From positions 10,953-74,952 of the forward strand of contig JBKHXL010000039.1 in assembly GCA_046566045.1 (NCBI GenBank): a stretch of 64,000 nucleotides of DNA, written 5' to 3'. Every line of letters starts with the position of its first letter. Position 1 is the first letter of the stretch. Below, piece by piece: positions 29,236-38,664 of the stretch. A program made the translations under genes and the position numbers. The stretch is from Candidatus Limnocylindria bacterium (GTDB lineage: Bacteria > Chloroflexota > Limnocylindria > Limnocylindrales > CSP1-4). The notes beneath the pieces were generated by a model, which was not told the origin of the DNA, made no database searches, and was given only the letters and a program-made list of their open reading frames with translations.

Positions 29236-30552
29236 GTGACGTCGGACGCCTCCGGCGCGCCCGATATCCCCGCCGACGGCCTGCTCGGCGAGCTGGCCTG
29301 GCGGGGCATCCTCCACGCCGCGACGCCAGGCCTGGCGGCGCGACTGGCCACGGGCCGGCCGATCGCCGGCTACAACGGCTTCGACCCGACCGCCCCGACC
29401 CTGCACATCGGTCACCTGATCCCGATCTTCGGGCTGCTGCGCCTGCAGCGCCACGGCGGCCGGCCGGTCGCCCTGGTCGGCGGGGGCACGGGCATGATCG
29501 GCGACCCGTCCGGGCGTTCGTCCGAGCGGAACCTGCTCGACCGCGACACGCTCGCCGCGAACGTGGCGGCCATCGGCGGGCAGCTGGAGCGGTTCCTGGA
29601 CTTCTCCCCGGGCGAGCGCGGCGCGGTCATGGTCGACAACCTCGACTGGCTCGGCGAACTCCGCTTGATCGACTTCCTGCGCGACACCGGGAAGCACTTC
29701 ACGGTGCCGTACATGCTGTCCAAGGACTCCGTCCAGACCCGCCTCGCGCGCGGCCTGTCGTTCACCGAGTTCAGCTACATGCTCCTCCAGTCGTACGACT
29801 TCTGGCATCTCCACCGGACGATGGACGTCGAGCTCCAGATGGGCGGCGCCGACCAGTGGGGCAACATCACGGCCGGCCTGGAGCTCATCCGCCGCCGGGC
29901 CGGCGTCGACGAGGACGCGCCCGACCAGCCCGCGCACGGCCTGTCGTACCGGCTGCTGCTGTCGCCGTCGGGCACCAAGTTCGGCAAGTCCGAGAGCGGC
30001 GACACGATCTGGCTCGACGCCGCTCGGACGAGCCCGTTCGCGTTCCACCAGCACTGGTTGAACACGGACGACCGCGACGTGGTCACGTACCTGCGCTGGT
30101 TCACCGAGTTCGACCGGGCCGAGATCGAGGCGCTCGAGGCGGCCCTGGCCGCGCGACCCGAGGCACGCGAGGCACAGCGCGCCCTGGCGCGCGACATCAC
30201 GACCCGGACCCACGGCGCCGAGGCGGCCCTGGCGGCCGAGCGGGACGCCGCGGCCCTGTTCTCCAGCGCGCCGATCGTCGATCCGGCCGTGCTCGCGTCG
30301 CTCCATGCCGGGACCGGCGGGTTCACGTTCGACCCCGGCCAGCTGGCCGGGGGCGTGGCGGCGCTCCTCGCCGATACGGGCCTGCTGGCGTCGCGCGGCG
30401 AGGCGCGCCGGATGATCAGCGGCGGCGCGGTGACCGTCAACGGCGTGCGCATCGCCGATCCGGCGGCGGCCGTCCCCGAACCCATCGCCGGGGAGTGGCT
30501 CGAGGTCCGCCTCGGGAAGCGCCGGCGCGAGATCGGCCGCCGCGCGGGCTGA
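29236..30552 (+). CDS. tyrS: Tyrosine--tRNA ligase
   Basis: GFDPTAPTLHIGH, SFTEFSY, GGADQWGNI, KFGKS, C-terminal S4-like domain. Confidence 0.97.
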   Translation: MTSDASGAPDIPADGLLGELAWRGILHAATPGLAARLATGRPIAGYNGFDPTAPTLHIGHLIPIFGLLRLQRHGGRPVALVGGGTGMIGDPSGRSSERNLLDRDTLAANVAAIGGQLERFLDFSPGERGAVMVDNLDWLGELRLIDFLRDTGKHFTVPYMLSKDSVQTRLARGLSFTEFSYMLLQSYDFWHLHRTMDVELQMGGADQWGNITAGLELIRRRAGVDEDAPDQPAHGLSYRLLLSPSGTKFGKSESGDTIWLDAARTSPFAFHQHWLNTDDRDVVTYLRWFTEFDRAEIEALEAALAARPEAREAQRALARDITTRTHGAEAALAAERDAAALFSSAPIVDPAVLASLHAGTGGFTFDPGQLAGGVAALLADTGLLASRGEARRMISGGAVTVNGVRIADPAAAVPEPIAGEWLEVRLGKRRREIGRRAG

Positions 30553-30554
30553 CC

Positions 30555-31196
30555 TCAGGCGCGGTGGCGGGCGCGCAGCGTGTCGATGACGGCGGATGGT
30601 GCCAGGTCGCGCTGCGCGAGCAGCACGAGGGCGTGATAGAGCAGGTCGGCGGCCTCGCCGGCGAGGGCGTCACGCGTGGCGTCGGTCGAGCCCACGGCAT
30701 CGTCCTTGGCGGCCAGCAGCACCTCGGTCGCCTCCTCGGTCACCTTGCGCGCGACGGCATCGACGCCGCCGTCGAGCAGGGACGTCGTGTACGACCCGGC
30801 CGGGCGCGTCGCGACCCGCTGCGCGATCGTCGCCCAGAGCGACTCGAGCCAGGCGAAGCCCTGCGTCCGGCGCTCCGCCGGGTCGTCGATCGGGTCGAAG
30901 CACGAGCGGGTCCCGCGGTGACACGTCGGACCGACCGGATCGGCCGTGACCAGCAGCGCGTCCGCGTCGCAGTCCGTCGCGAGGTCGACCAGTCGGAGGA
31001 CGTTGCCGCTCTGCTCGCCCTTGCGCCACAGGCGACCCCGCGAGCGCGAGTGGAAGTGGACCTGTCCGGTCTCGAGCGTGGCCGCCAGCGCCTCGGCATC
31101 CATCCACGCGAGCATCAGGACCCGTCCGTCGGTCGCGTCCTGGACCACGGCCGGGACGAGGCCGTCCGGCCCGAAGCGGACGTCGGGCGCGGTCAT
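30555..31196 (-). CDS. hisIE: Phosphoribosyl-AMP cyclohydrolase / phosphoribosyl-ATP pyrophosphatase
   Basis: SRSRGRLWRKGEQSG, DCDADAL, CHRGTRSCF, KVTEEATE, EAADLLYH. Confidence 0.95.
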   Translation of the reverse strand: MTAPDVRFGPDGLVPAVVQDATDGRVLMLAWMDAEALAATLETGQVHFHSRSRGRLWRKGEQSGNVLRLVDLATDCDADALLVTADPVGPTCHRGTRSCFDPIDDPAERRTQGFAWLESLWATIAQRVATRPAGSYTTSLLDGGVDAVARKVTEEATEVLLAAKDDAVGSTDATRDALAGEAADLLYHALVLLAQRDLAPSAVIDTLRARHRA

Positions 31197-31984
31197 GCGA
31201 CCGCCTCGGCGACGCGCCGGACGGGGATGCCGGCGTCCTCCATCGCGGCCTTGACCGCGTCGATGGCGTGGATGCGGCGGTGGAAGATGGACGCGGCGAG
31301 GACCGCGTCCGCGCCACCGACCTGGACCGCCGTCACGAAGTCGGCCGGACCCGCGGCCCCGCCCGAGGCGATGACCGGGACCTCGACCCGGGAGGTGACC
31401 GCCCGCAGCAGGTCCGTGTCGAAGCCCTCGCCGGTCCCGTCCCGGTCCATCGAGGTGACCAGCAGCTCGCCCGCCCCCAGGGCGACGGCCCGCTGCGACC
31501 AGGTCACCGCATCGAGTCCGGTCGGGGTCCGCCCACCCTGGACGACGACCTCCCATGCCGGCCCGCCCTCGCCCTGCTCGGGCCGTCGACGGGCATCCAC
31601 GGCGACGACCACGGCCTGGCGTCCGAAGCGCACCGCACAGCGCGCGATCAGGTCCGGGTCCGCCACCGCGGCCGTGTTCAGCGAGACCTTGTCCGCGCCG
31701 GCCCGGAGCACGTCGCGCATCTCCTCGACCGAGCGCACCCCGCCGCCGACGGTCAGCGGGATGAACGCTCGCCGCGCCGTCCGCTCGACGATGTCGAGGA
31801 GCGTGCCGCGACCCGCCGGGGCCGCGCTGATGTCCAGGAAGCAGATCTCGTCGGCGCCCTCGCGGGCGTAGCGTTCGGCGAGCTCGGGCGGGTCGCCCTC
31901 GTCGACCAGGTCGACGAAGCGGGTGCCCTTGACCACCCGGCCGTCGGCGACGTCGAGGCAGGGGATGATCCGGCGGCGCAGCAT
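31193..31984 (-). CDS. hisF: Imidazole glycerol phosphate synthase subunit HisF
   Basis: RIIPCLDV, PLTVGGGVRS, TSMDRDGT, LAASIFH. Confidence 0.96.
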   Translation of the reverse strand: MLRRRIIPCLDVADGRVVKGTRFVDLVDEGDPPELAERYAREGADEICFLDISAAPAGRGTLLDIVERTARRAFIPLTVGGGVRSVEEMRDVLRAGADKVSLNTAAVADPDLIARCAVRFGRQAVVVAVDARRRPEQGEGGPAWEVVVQGGRTPTGLDAVTWSQRAVALGAGELLVTSMDRDGTGEGFDTDLLRAVTSRVEVPVIASGGAAGPADFVTAVQVGGADAVLAASIFHRRIHAIDAVKAAMEDAGIPVRRVAEAVA

Positions 31985-32619
31985 CAGGCGGCCTCGGCCA
32001 CGAGCCTGGTGAAGTTGGCCAGCAGGCGCAGGCCGTCGTCGCCGCTCCGCTCGGGATGGAACTGGACGCCCAGCAGGGTGTCGCGGGCGACCGCCGACAC
32101 GAACGCGCCGCCATGGTCCGTCGTGGCGGCGACCACCGCCGGATCGGTCGGCGCCCCGACATACGAGTGCACGAAGTAGAAGTCGGCATCCGGCTCGATG
32201 CCGTCGAACAGCGGCTGCGTCCCGGTCCGCCGCACCTGGTTCCAGCCGATGTGGGGAAGGGTCGGCGCGTCGGCCAGGCGGACGGTCCGGCCGCCGAGCA
32301 CGCCCAGCGTCGACGCGCCGTCCTCGTCGCTCGCCTCGAACAGCAGCTGCAGGCCGAGGCAGATGCCGAGGAACGGGCGCCCATCCGCGATCCACGCCCG
32401 GATGGGCTCGACCAGGCCGGCCGCGGCCAGGCGCTCCATGGCCGGGGCGGCGGCACCCACGCCGGGCACGATGAGTGCGTCCGCGCCGGCGATGTCGTCC
32501 GGTCCGCTGGCGATGATCACGCGCGCGCCGACATGGGTCAGCGCCTGGTCGATGCTGACGAGGTTGCCCGCGCCGTAGTCCGCGACGGCGATACGCGGCC
32601 CCGTGCCGCCGCCGCTCAT
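31984..32619 (-). CDS. hisH: Imidazole glycerol phosphate synthase subunit HisH
   Basis: DYGAGNL, PGVG, GICLGLQ, YFVHSY, QFHPERS. Confidence 0.96.
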   Translation of the reverse strand: MSGGGTGPRIAVADYGAGNLVSIDQALTHVGARVIIASGPDDIAGADALIVPGVGAAAPAMERLAAAGLVEPIRAWIADGRPFLGICLGLQLLFEASDEDGASTLGVLGGRTVRLADAPTLPHIGWNQVRRTGTQPLFDGIEPDADFYFVHSYVGAPTDPAVVAATTDHGGAFVSAVARDTLLGVQFHPERSGDDGLRLLANFTRLVAEAA

Positions 32620-33248
32620 CCGAGGGAGCCCTTCGTCGAGGCCACGCCGGAGCGTCGCGGGTCCGGCTCGCAGGCGATCCGCATCGCCCGGGCGAGGGCC
32701 TTGATGGCGGCCTCGGCCAGGTGGTGGTCGTTGCGCCCGCTGCCACGCAGGTGCAGCGTGGTGCCGGACGTGCCCGCGAACGACTCCAGCGCGTGCTCGA
32801 TGAGCTGGAGCGGCAACTCCCCGACGCGCTCGCCGCGGAACGGCAGGTCGATGACCGCGTACGGACGACCACCGACGTCGACCACGGCCGTGGCGAGGGA
32901 TTCGTCCATCGGGACCGCGGCGTCGCCGAAGCGTCGGATCCCCGCCCGATCGCCGAGGGCCGCGGCGAAGGCGGCCCCCAGGACGAGCGCGACGTCCTCG
33001 ACGGTGTGATGCTCGTCGACCTGGAGGTCGCCCTCGGCCTCGACGCTGAGGTCGAACAGGCCGTGGTGCGCGAACGACGTCAGGAGGTGGTCGTAGAAGC
33101 CGACACCGGTCCGGATGTCGGCCGTGCCGCGGCCATCGATGGCGAGCGTGATCGTGACCCGGGTCTCGCGCGTCTCGCGGGCGATCGTCACGCGCCGGGC
33201 GGCGGCATCCTGGTCGGTCGTGACGAGGGATCCGAGGGGCGTGGTCAT
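32616..33248 (-). CDS. hisB: Imidazoleglycerol-phosphate dehydratase
   Basis: RETRET, DEHHTVED, NDHHLAEA, STKGSL. Confidence 0.96.
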   Translation of the reverse strand: MTTPLGSLVTTDQDAAARRVTIARETRETRVTITLAIDGRGTADIRTGVGFYDHLLTSFAHHGLFDLSVEAEGDLQVDEHHTVEDVALVLGAAFAAALGDRAGIRRFGDAAVPMDESLATAVVDVGGRPYAVIDLPFRGERVGELPLQLIEHALESFAGTSGTTLHLRGSGRNDHHLAEAAIKALARAMRIACEPDPRRSGVASTKGSLG

Positions 33249-34426
33249 GCGGGCATCTCCGGCTGGGCGGGCTGGCTCGGCAGGGTCGGGGTGATGGCGC
33301 GCGCCGCCTCGATCAGGCGATCGTTCTCGTGCGCGGCGCGGACGGTCACGCGCAGGTGATCGGCGAGCGGATGGCCGGCCCCGAACGTGCGCGGCACGAG
33401 GCCGTGCCCGAGCAGCGCTTCGGCGGCCGCGGCCGAGCGTTCGACCGACCCGAAGTCCACCAGCAGGAAGTTCGTCACGGACCGCCCGGCCGACCAGCCC
33501 GCGGCGATGAGGCCGTCGCGCAGGCGATCGCGCTCCCGCTCGACGCGCGCGACGTTGGCCGCGGCCGCGCCGCCGTCCCGCATCGCCTCGGCCACGAGGG
33601 TCGCGGACACCGTCGAGATGCTGGCGGGAGAGCGGTATGGGTTGAGCAGTCTGATGACCTGCGGCCTGGCGACGGCGAATCCGACCCGCAGTCCGGCCAG
33701 GGCGTACGCCTTGCTCGCGGTGCGGACGACGATGAGGCGCGGGTAGTCGGCACGCAGTCGGAGGAGCGATTCGCCCACGAACTCGGCGTACGCCTCGTCG
33801 AGGACGACGATCGGGGCCGGCCGGCCGTCGGCGGCGGCATCGCTGGCCAGCTGGCCCAGCAGGTTCCCGATCGTGCCCGGCGGCTCGGGCAGCCCGGTCG
33901 GGTTGTTCGGACTGCACAGCCAGACGACGGCCGCCGAGCGAGCGGCGACACGGACCGCGGCGAGGTCCAGGGCGTAGTCGGCCTCCCGTCCCAGGCGCGG
34001 CACGGCGACGACCCGCGCTCCCCGCTGCTCGGTGATGACCCGGTACATCGCGTACGTCGGCGTCGGCACGACGGCCGTCGCCCCCTCGGGCAGGAAGACC
34101 TTGCCGATGATGTCGAGGACCTCGTCCGCGCCGGCTCCGACCATCAGCTCGTCGGTGCCGACCTCGAAGCGCGCGGCGGCCGCCGCGACGAGCCGCCGGT
34201 AGTCGGCGGGCGGGTATTCGGACAGGGGCGTCTCGAACCGGCCGGCGGCCAGCAGCGACGCGATCAGCTCGGGCGGGGTCGGAGACGTGTTGAGGTCGAA
34301 GCGCACGATCCGGTCGAGCGGGACGCCGTAGCGCGCGGCGACCTCCTCGTCGGTGGCCTCCCAGGTGTACGACGCCGGAGCGGTGGGGGACTGGAACGTC
34401 ATCGGGGTCATCCTCGCCGGGATCAC
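33245..34426 (-). CDS. hisC: Histidinol-phosphate aminotransferase
   Basis: CSPNNPTG, DEAYAEF, RTASKAYALAGLRVG. Start GTG 34426 (GTGA overlap) or a nearby ATG. Confidence 0.93.
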   Translation of the reverse strand: MIPARMTPMTFQSPTAPASYTWEATDEEVAARYGVPLDRIVRFDLNTSPTPPELIASLLAAGRFETPLSEYPPADYRRLVAAAAARFEVGTDELMVGAGADEVLDIIGKVFLPEGATAVVPTPTYAMYRVITEQRGARVVAVPRLGREADYALDLAAVRVAARSAAVVWLCSPNNPTGLPEPPGTIGNLLGQLASDAAADGRPAPIVVLDEAYAEFVGESLLRLRADYPRLIVVRTASKAYALAGLRVGFAVARPQVIRLLNPYRSPASISTVSATLVAEAMRDGGAAAANVARVERERDRLRDGLIAAGWSAGRSVTNFLLVDFGSVERSAAAAEALLGHGLVPRTFGAGHPLADHLRVTVRAAHENDRLIEAARAITPTLPSQPAQPEMPA

Positions 34427-35766
34427 GCGCCGGCATCCCGGAAGCGCTCGAGCACGGCGTCCCGGTGGGCGAGCAGGCCCTCGGCCTCGGCCAGGGTGGT
34501 CACCGCGTCGGCGATGCCGGCCAGCCCCTCGCGGGTGATGCGCTGGACCTGCAGGTACTTGCCGTACGCCTCGACGGCGAGGCCGCCGGAGGAGCGAGCC
34601 AGGCCGCCGGTCGGCAGTACATGGTTCGCGCCGGTCGCGTAGTCGCCGGCCGACTCGGGCGCCCACGGCCCGACGAACACCGATCCCGCGTTGCGGATCC
34701 GGGCGACGGTCGCCTCGAGCGGCTCGATGTCGACGGACAGGTGCTCGGGTCCGTAGTCGTTGACGAACGCAATCGCGTCGTCGAGCGACGGCGCGAGCAC
34801 GATCCGGCCGTGCTCGCCGCGCGAGCGGACCAGGATGTCGCGCCGCGCGGCGCGCCGCAGCAGGCCGTCCACCGCGCGCTCGACGGCGTCGGCGAAGGCC
34901 GCGTCGGTCGTCACCAGCAGGGCGGGGGAGTCGGGGCCGTGCTCGGCCTGGGTGATCAGATCCAGCGCGACCCGGCGGGCATCGGCCGGCGGCGTCGCCA
35001 GGACGACGCCCTCCGACGGCCCGGCCGGCAGGTCGATCCCGACCTCGCCGCAGACCTCGATCTTGGCCGCCGTGACCCACGCGTTGCCGGGCCCGACGAT
35101 GCGGTCCACGGGCTCGAGGTCGTGGTCGGGCAGACCGAAGGCGAGGGCCCCGATCGCCTGGGCGCCGCCCGCGACGACAAGGGCATCGACCTCGAGCAGG
35201 CCGGCGGCGCCGAGCAGGACCTGGTCGATCCCGCCGTCGGCCGCGGCCGGTGAGGCCACCACGATGCGCGCCACGCCGGCGACGCGGGCCGGGACGACGG
35301 TCATGACGAGCGAGCTCGGATACGGCGCCGAGCCTCCAGGCACGTAACAGCCGACGGACGACAGCGGCTCCCAGCGTCGCTCGATGTCGATCCCCGGGGC
35401 GATGGTCGTGCTGGTCGCGACCGGTCGCTGGGTCTCGGCGAAGCGCCGCACGTTGGCGATCGCCTGGTCGAGCGCACGCCGGATGTCGGGCGCCAGCCGG
35501 TCGCGGGCGTCGCGCAGCTCCGCCGCGTCGATGACCAGCCGGCCGTCGGGGCGTCCGCCGCCCACGCGCGCGTTCACGTCGCGCACCGCTGCGCCACCGC
35601 GCGCGCGGACGTCGTCGAGGGTCGCCCGGACGGCGTCCCGGACCGCCGCGTCGCCGACCGCGCCGCGGCGGACGAGCGCCCGGCGATGGGCCAGCGCGTC
35701 CTCGTCGCCGGCGGCCGCGGCCGCAAGGTCGAGGCGAGCGAGGCGCAGCTCCGTGGGGGTGCTCAC
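34423..35766 (-). CDS. hisD: Histidinol dehydrogenase
   Basis: GCYVPGG, GGAQAI, GPGNAWV, AGPSE, QAEH, GANHVLPT. Confidence 0.96.
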   Translation of the reverse strand: MSTPTELRLARLDLAAAAAGDEDALAHRRALVRRGAVGDAAVRDAVRATLDDVRARGGAAVRDVNARVGGGRPDGRLVIDAAELRDARDRLAPDIRRALDQAIANVRRFAETQRPVATSTTIAPGIDIERRWEPLSSVGCYVPGGSAPYPSSLVMTVVPARVAGVARIVVASPAAADGGIDQVLLGAAGLLEVDALVVAGGAQAIGALAFGLPDHDLEPVDRIVGPGNAWVTAAKIEVCGEVGIDLPAGPSEGVVLATPPADARRVALDLITQAEHGPDSPALLVTTDAAFADAVERAVDGLLRRAARRDILVRSRGEHGRIVLAPSLDDAIAFVNDYGPEHLSVDIEPLEATVARIRNAGSVFVGPWAPESAGDYATGANHVLPTGGLARSSGGLAVEAYGKYLQVQRITREGLAGIADAVTTLAEAEGLLAHRDAVLERFRDAGA

Positions 35767-36623
35767 GGAACGATCTTCTCGATGGGGAGGACGAGGATGC
35801 CCGATGCGCCGGCCGCCTTGAGGCGGGGGAGCAGACCCCACACCTCGTCCGCGCCGACGACCGTGTGGATGGCCACCATGCCCTCGTGCGCCAGCGGGAT
35901 GATGGTCGGCGACTCGAGGGCCGGCAGGACGCTCTCGAGCTCGGCCAGGTGCGCGGCCGGGGCGTTCATCATCAGGTACTTGCGCCCGCGGGCGGCGATG
36001 ACCGCGCCGAGCATCGTGTCGATGGCGGCCAGCTCGTCGGCGCGGTCGCGCTCGGAGGTCGGGTTGGCGATGAGGATCGCCTCGGACGCCAGCACGTCGC
36101 CGATCTGGCGCAGGCCGTTCATGACGAGGGTGGAGCCCGTCGACACGAGGTCGACGATGGCCTCGGCCAGGCCGAGGCGCGGCGCCACCTCGACGGCGCC
36201 CGAGATGGGCACGATGTCGACCGGGATGCCGGCCTGGTCGAAGAAGCGTCGGGCGCTGTTGGGGTGGGCCGTGGCGACGCGCAGGCCGGCCAGATCCTCG
36301 ACCGAGCGGTAGGGGCTGTCATTTGGGACCGCCGCGGCCAGGCGACAGCGCCCGTAGCCCAGGTCGCGGACGCGCGGCAGCTCGGCCCCGGTCTCGCTCA
36401 GGAGGTCGATGCCGGTGATCCCCAGGTCGGCCACGCCGTCACCGACGAACTCGATGATGTCGTTCGTGCGCACGAACAGGATGTCGAGGTCGAAGTTCTG
36501 GACCCGCGCGACGAGCGAGCGGTCGTGCTCGTCGAAGATCAGCCCCGCGTCGTGGAGGAGGCGCAGGGTCGGCTCGACCAGCCGGCCCTTGTTCGGCACG
36601 GCCAGGCGCAGGCGGGTCGTCAT
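35763..36623 (-). CDS. hisG: ATP phosphoribosyltransferase (long form)
   Basis: LAVPNKGRL, DLGITG, GAVEVAP, IVDLVSTGSTL, C-terminal regulatory domain. Confidence 0.96.
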   Translation of the reverse strand: MTTRLRLAVPNKGRLVEPTLRLLHDAGLIFDEHDRSLVARVQNFDLDILFVRTNDIIEFVGDGVADLGITGIDLLSETGAELPRVRDLGYGRCRLAAAVPNDSPYRSVEDLAGLRVATAHPNSARRFFDQAGIPVDIVPISGAVEVAPRLGLAEAIVDLVSTGSTLVMNGLRQIGDVLASEAILIANPTSERDRADELAAIDTMLGAVIAARGRKYLMMNAPAAHLAELESVLPALESPTIIPLAHEGMVAIHTVVGADEVWGLLPRLKAAGASGILVLPIEKIVP

Positions 36624-36916
36624 CGGGCCGCGCCGTCGAGACGCGCCAGCATGTCGCGATACCCGCCCTCGCCGTGGTGGAGCCACGACGCGATGCGGGT
36701 GATGGTGGCCGTGCTGGCCCCGGTCTCGCGCGAGATCTCGGCGTAGTGCTTGCCCTGGTCGAGCAGTCGGACCACCGCCCAGCGCTGACTCATGTCGCGC
36801 AACTCCGAGAGCGTGCACAGGTCGCGGAAGAAGCGCTCCGTCTCCTCGAGCGTGTCGAGCGAGCGGATCGCCTCGAAGAGGGCCTCGGCGGCGGGGGTGC
36901 GCCAGTCATCTGCCAT
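36620..36916 (-). CDS. TrpR-like (YerC/YecD) repressor, probable histidine regulon regulator
   Basis: FFRDLCTLSEL, QRWAV, TGASTATITR, GEGGY; first gene of the his operon. Confidence 0.88.
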   Translation of the reverse strand: MADDWRTPAAEALFEAIRSLDTLEETERFFRDLCTLSELRDMSQRWAVVRLLDQGKHYAEISRETGASTATITRIASWLHHGEGGYRDMLARLDGAAR

Positions 36917-36970
36917 GGGGGGTGTCCTGCCGTGCTCCGTCGGGCGATCCCGTTCTGTTTTCCGGGGTCA

Positions 36971-37010
36971 CCCGTGCTATCGTTGTAACGTGCTAAAACG
37001 CTACCACGGT
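36971..37010. promoter_or_regulatory. Putative operator for the TrpR-like repressor, overlapping divergent his promoters
   Basis: 40-bp imperfect palindrome (30/40 symmetric) with TA every 8 bp; contains extended -10 TGcTATCGT. Confidence 0.65.
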
Positions 37011-37754
37011 GAACCGCCATCCGCAAGCGACGGATTCGCCCTGCTTCCCGCGATCGACCTGCGGGGCGGCCGGGTCGTCCGGCTCGTCCAGGGCGACTTC
37101 GACCGCGAGACGGCCTTCGCCGACGATCCGGTCGCGGTCGCGCGCCGCTTCGCCGATTCGGGGGCGGCCTGGCTTCACGTCGTGGATTTGGATGCCGCGC
37201 GAGGCGATGGGTCCGACAACGGGTCCATCGTGCGGGCCATCGTCGACGCGGTGGGGGAGCGCGTGGCCGTCGAAGTCGCGGGTGGGCTGCGCTCCGCCGC
37301 GGCCGCCGCGGCCGTCCTGTCGCTCGGCGCGCGGCGCGTGGTGGTGGGCACCGCCGCGTTGGCCGATCCCGGTTTCGCGCGGCGGCTCGTGGACGCCCAC
37401 GGCCCAGGAGCCATCGCGGCGGCACTCGACGTGCGGGCCGGGCAGGCGGTCGGCCACGGCTGGCGGTCAGGAGCTCCCGGGGTCGCCGTCGATGAGGCGC
37501 TTGACGCGCTGGCGGACGCCGGCGTCTCCGTGTTCGAGGTCACCGCCATCGACCGCGACGGCACGCTCGGCGGACCGGACCTGGTCCTGTACCAGCGACT
37601 GGTGGGTCGGCGACGCGGTCACATCGTCGCCTCGGCGGGCGTTGCGACCGTCGCCGACCTGCGCGCCCTGCGGGCGATCGGCTGCGCGGGCGCGATCGTC
37701 GGCCGGGCGCTGTACGACGGGCGTCTGACGATCGAGGATGCCCTGGGCGCCTGA
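36990..37754 (+). CDS. hisA: ProFAR isomerase HisA
   Basis: LPAIDLRGGRVVRLVQGD, LHVVDLDAA, GGLRS, TAIDRDGT, AIVGRALY. Leaderless GTG start inferred. Confidence 0.93.
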   Translation: MLKRYHGEPPSASDGFALLPAIDLRGGRVVRLVQGDFDRETAFADDPVAVARRFADSGAAWLHVVDLDAARGDGSDNGSIVRAIVDAVGERVAVEVAGGLRSAAAAAAVLSLGARRVVVGTAALADPGFARRLVDAHGPGAIAAALDVRAGQAVGHGWRSGAPGVAVDEALDALADAGVSVFEVTAIDRDGTLGGPDLVLYQRLVGRRRGHIVASAGVATVADLRALRAIGCAGAIVGRALYDGRLTIEDALGA

Positions 37755-37874
37755 CCGGCGAAACGGCGATGCGGCCTCGGCCACGCCACGGGGCCTCGGT
37801 TCGGGGCCGACGGGCCCCGGCGCGTTTCGGGCTCCCGGCCGCTGGCCCCGGCCCAGCCGCTGGCCCAGGCCTTG

Positions 37875-38052
37875 GGTTCCTGGCCCCGGCGCCCCGGTTC
37901 CGGGCCCCGGCGGGCCCGGTTCCTGGCCCCGGCGGCCCCGGTTCACGGCCGGCGGGCCCCGGCGCGTGCCTGGGTTCCTGGCCCTGGCGGCCTCGGTTCC
38001 GGGACCCGGCGGCCTCTGTTCCGGGCCGGCGGGCCCCGGCGGGCCCGGTTCC
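37875..38052. repeat. Degenerate ~22-bp tandem repeat GGTTCC(T/G)GGCCCCGGCGG
   Basis: Units at 37875, 37896, 37918, 37940, 37973, 37995, 38017, 38047. Confidence 0.85.
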
Positions 38053-38207
38053 TCCCATATGCCAGCCAGGTGGGCATTAGACCGAGCGTTGTGCCCATCT
38101 GTCGTCCTGAGTGGCGGATGACACAGACGGGGCGGTCCATCACGCATGTCGGACGTGCCGCCACGACCCAGTCGCCTGTCTAGTGCCGCCGCCGCTGGCG
38201 TATGGGA
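38053..38207. repeat. 155-bp fold-back element with nested terminal inverted repeats
   Basis: TCCCATATGCCAGC (38053-66)/GCTGGCGTATGGGA (38194-207) and GGCATTAGAC (38073-82)/GTCTAGTGCC (38178-87), each with one G-T pair. Confidence 0.75.
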
Positions 38208-38208
38208 A

Positions 38209-38328
38209 AGTCAGGGCCCGGATCAGCGCGGGCTCCAGCGGCCGGGCTCCGGCGCCCGAGGAGTCAGGGCCCGGATCAGCGCGGGCTCCAGCGGCCGGGC
38301 TCCGGCGCCCGAGGAGTCAGGGCCCGGA
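38209..38328. repeat. 53-bp direct repeat, 2 full copies + partial third
   Basis: AGTCAGGGCCCGGATCAGCGCGGG... at 38209, 38262, 38315. Confidence 0.9.
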
Positions 38329-38417
38329 CCCCGGGGGAGCTGACGGCCGGGACTCCAGGACCCGGCTGGGGGACCCAGCGCCCGAGAGGCCAGGGCCCAA
38401 GACCTTGGCCCGGAGTC

Positions 38418-38513
38418 GGCGCCCCGAGAGGCCGGCGCCCCGAGAGGCCGGCGCCCCGAGAGGCCGGCGCCCCGAGAGGCCGGCGCCCCGAGAGGCCGGC
38501 GCCCCGAAGGGCC
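38418..38513. repeat. 16-bp tandem repeat GGCGCCCCGAGAGGCC x5 + 1 variant
   Basis: Units at 38418, 38434, 38450, 38466, 38482, 38498. Confidence 0.95.
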
Positions 38514-38664
38514 GGCGCCCGGAGCCGGCGCCCGGGCGCCGCGCCGGGACCAGCGGCCCGGACCCCGCTCGCCCGACCCAGCGGCCGGGGGGCCCGGACA
38601 CGCGTGGCGCAGCAGACCGTCTCGCGGATCGCAGCGCCGCTCGGTCGGTGGGCACGCCGCTCGG

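Noticed and set aside
38209-38513. Possible CRISPR array or repeat-protein gene
   Set aside because: Head-to-tail tandem repeats without spacers; the overlapping ORFs are low-complexity R/P/G/A with no RBS or motif.
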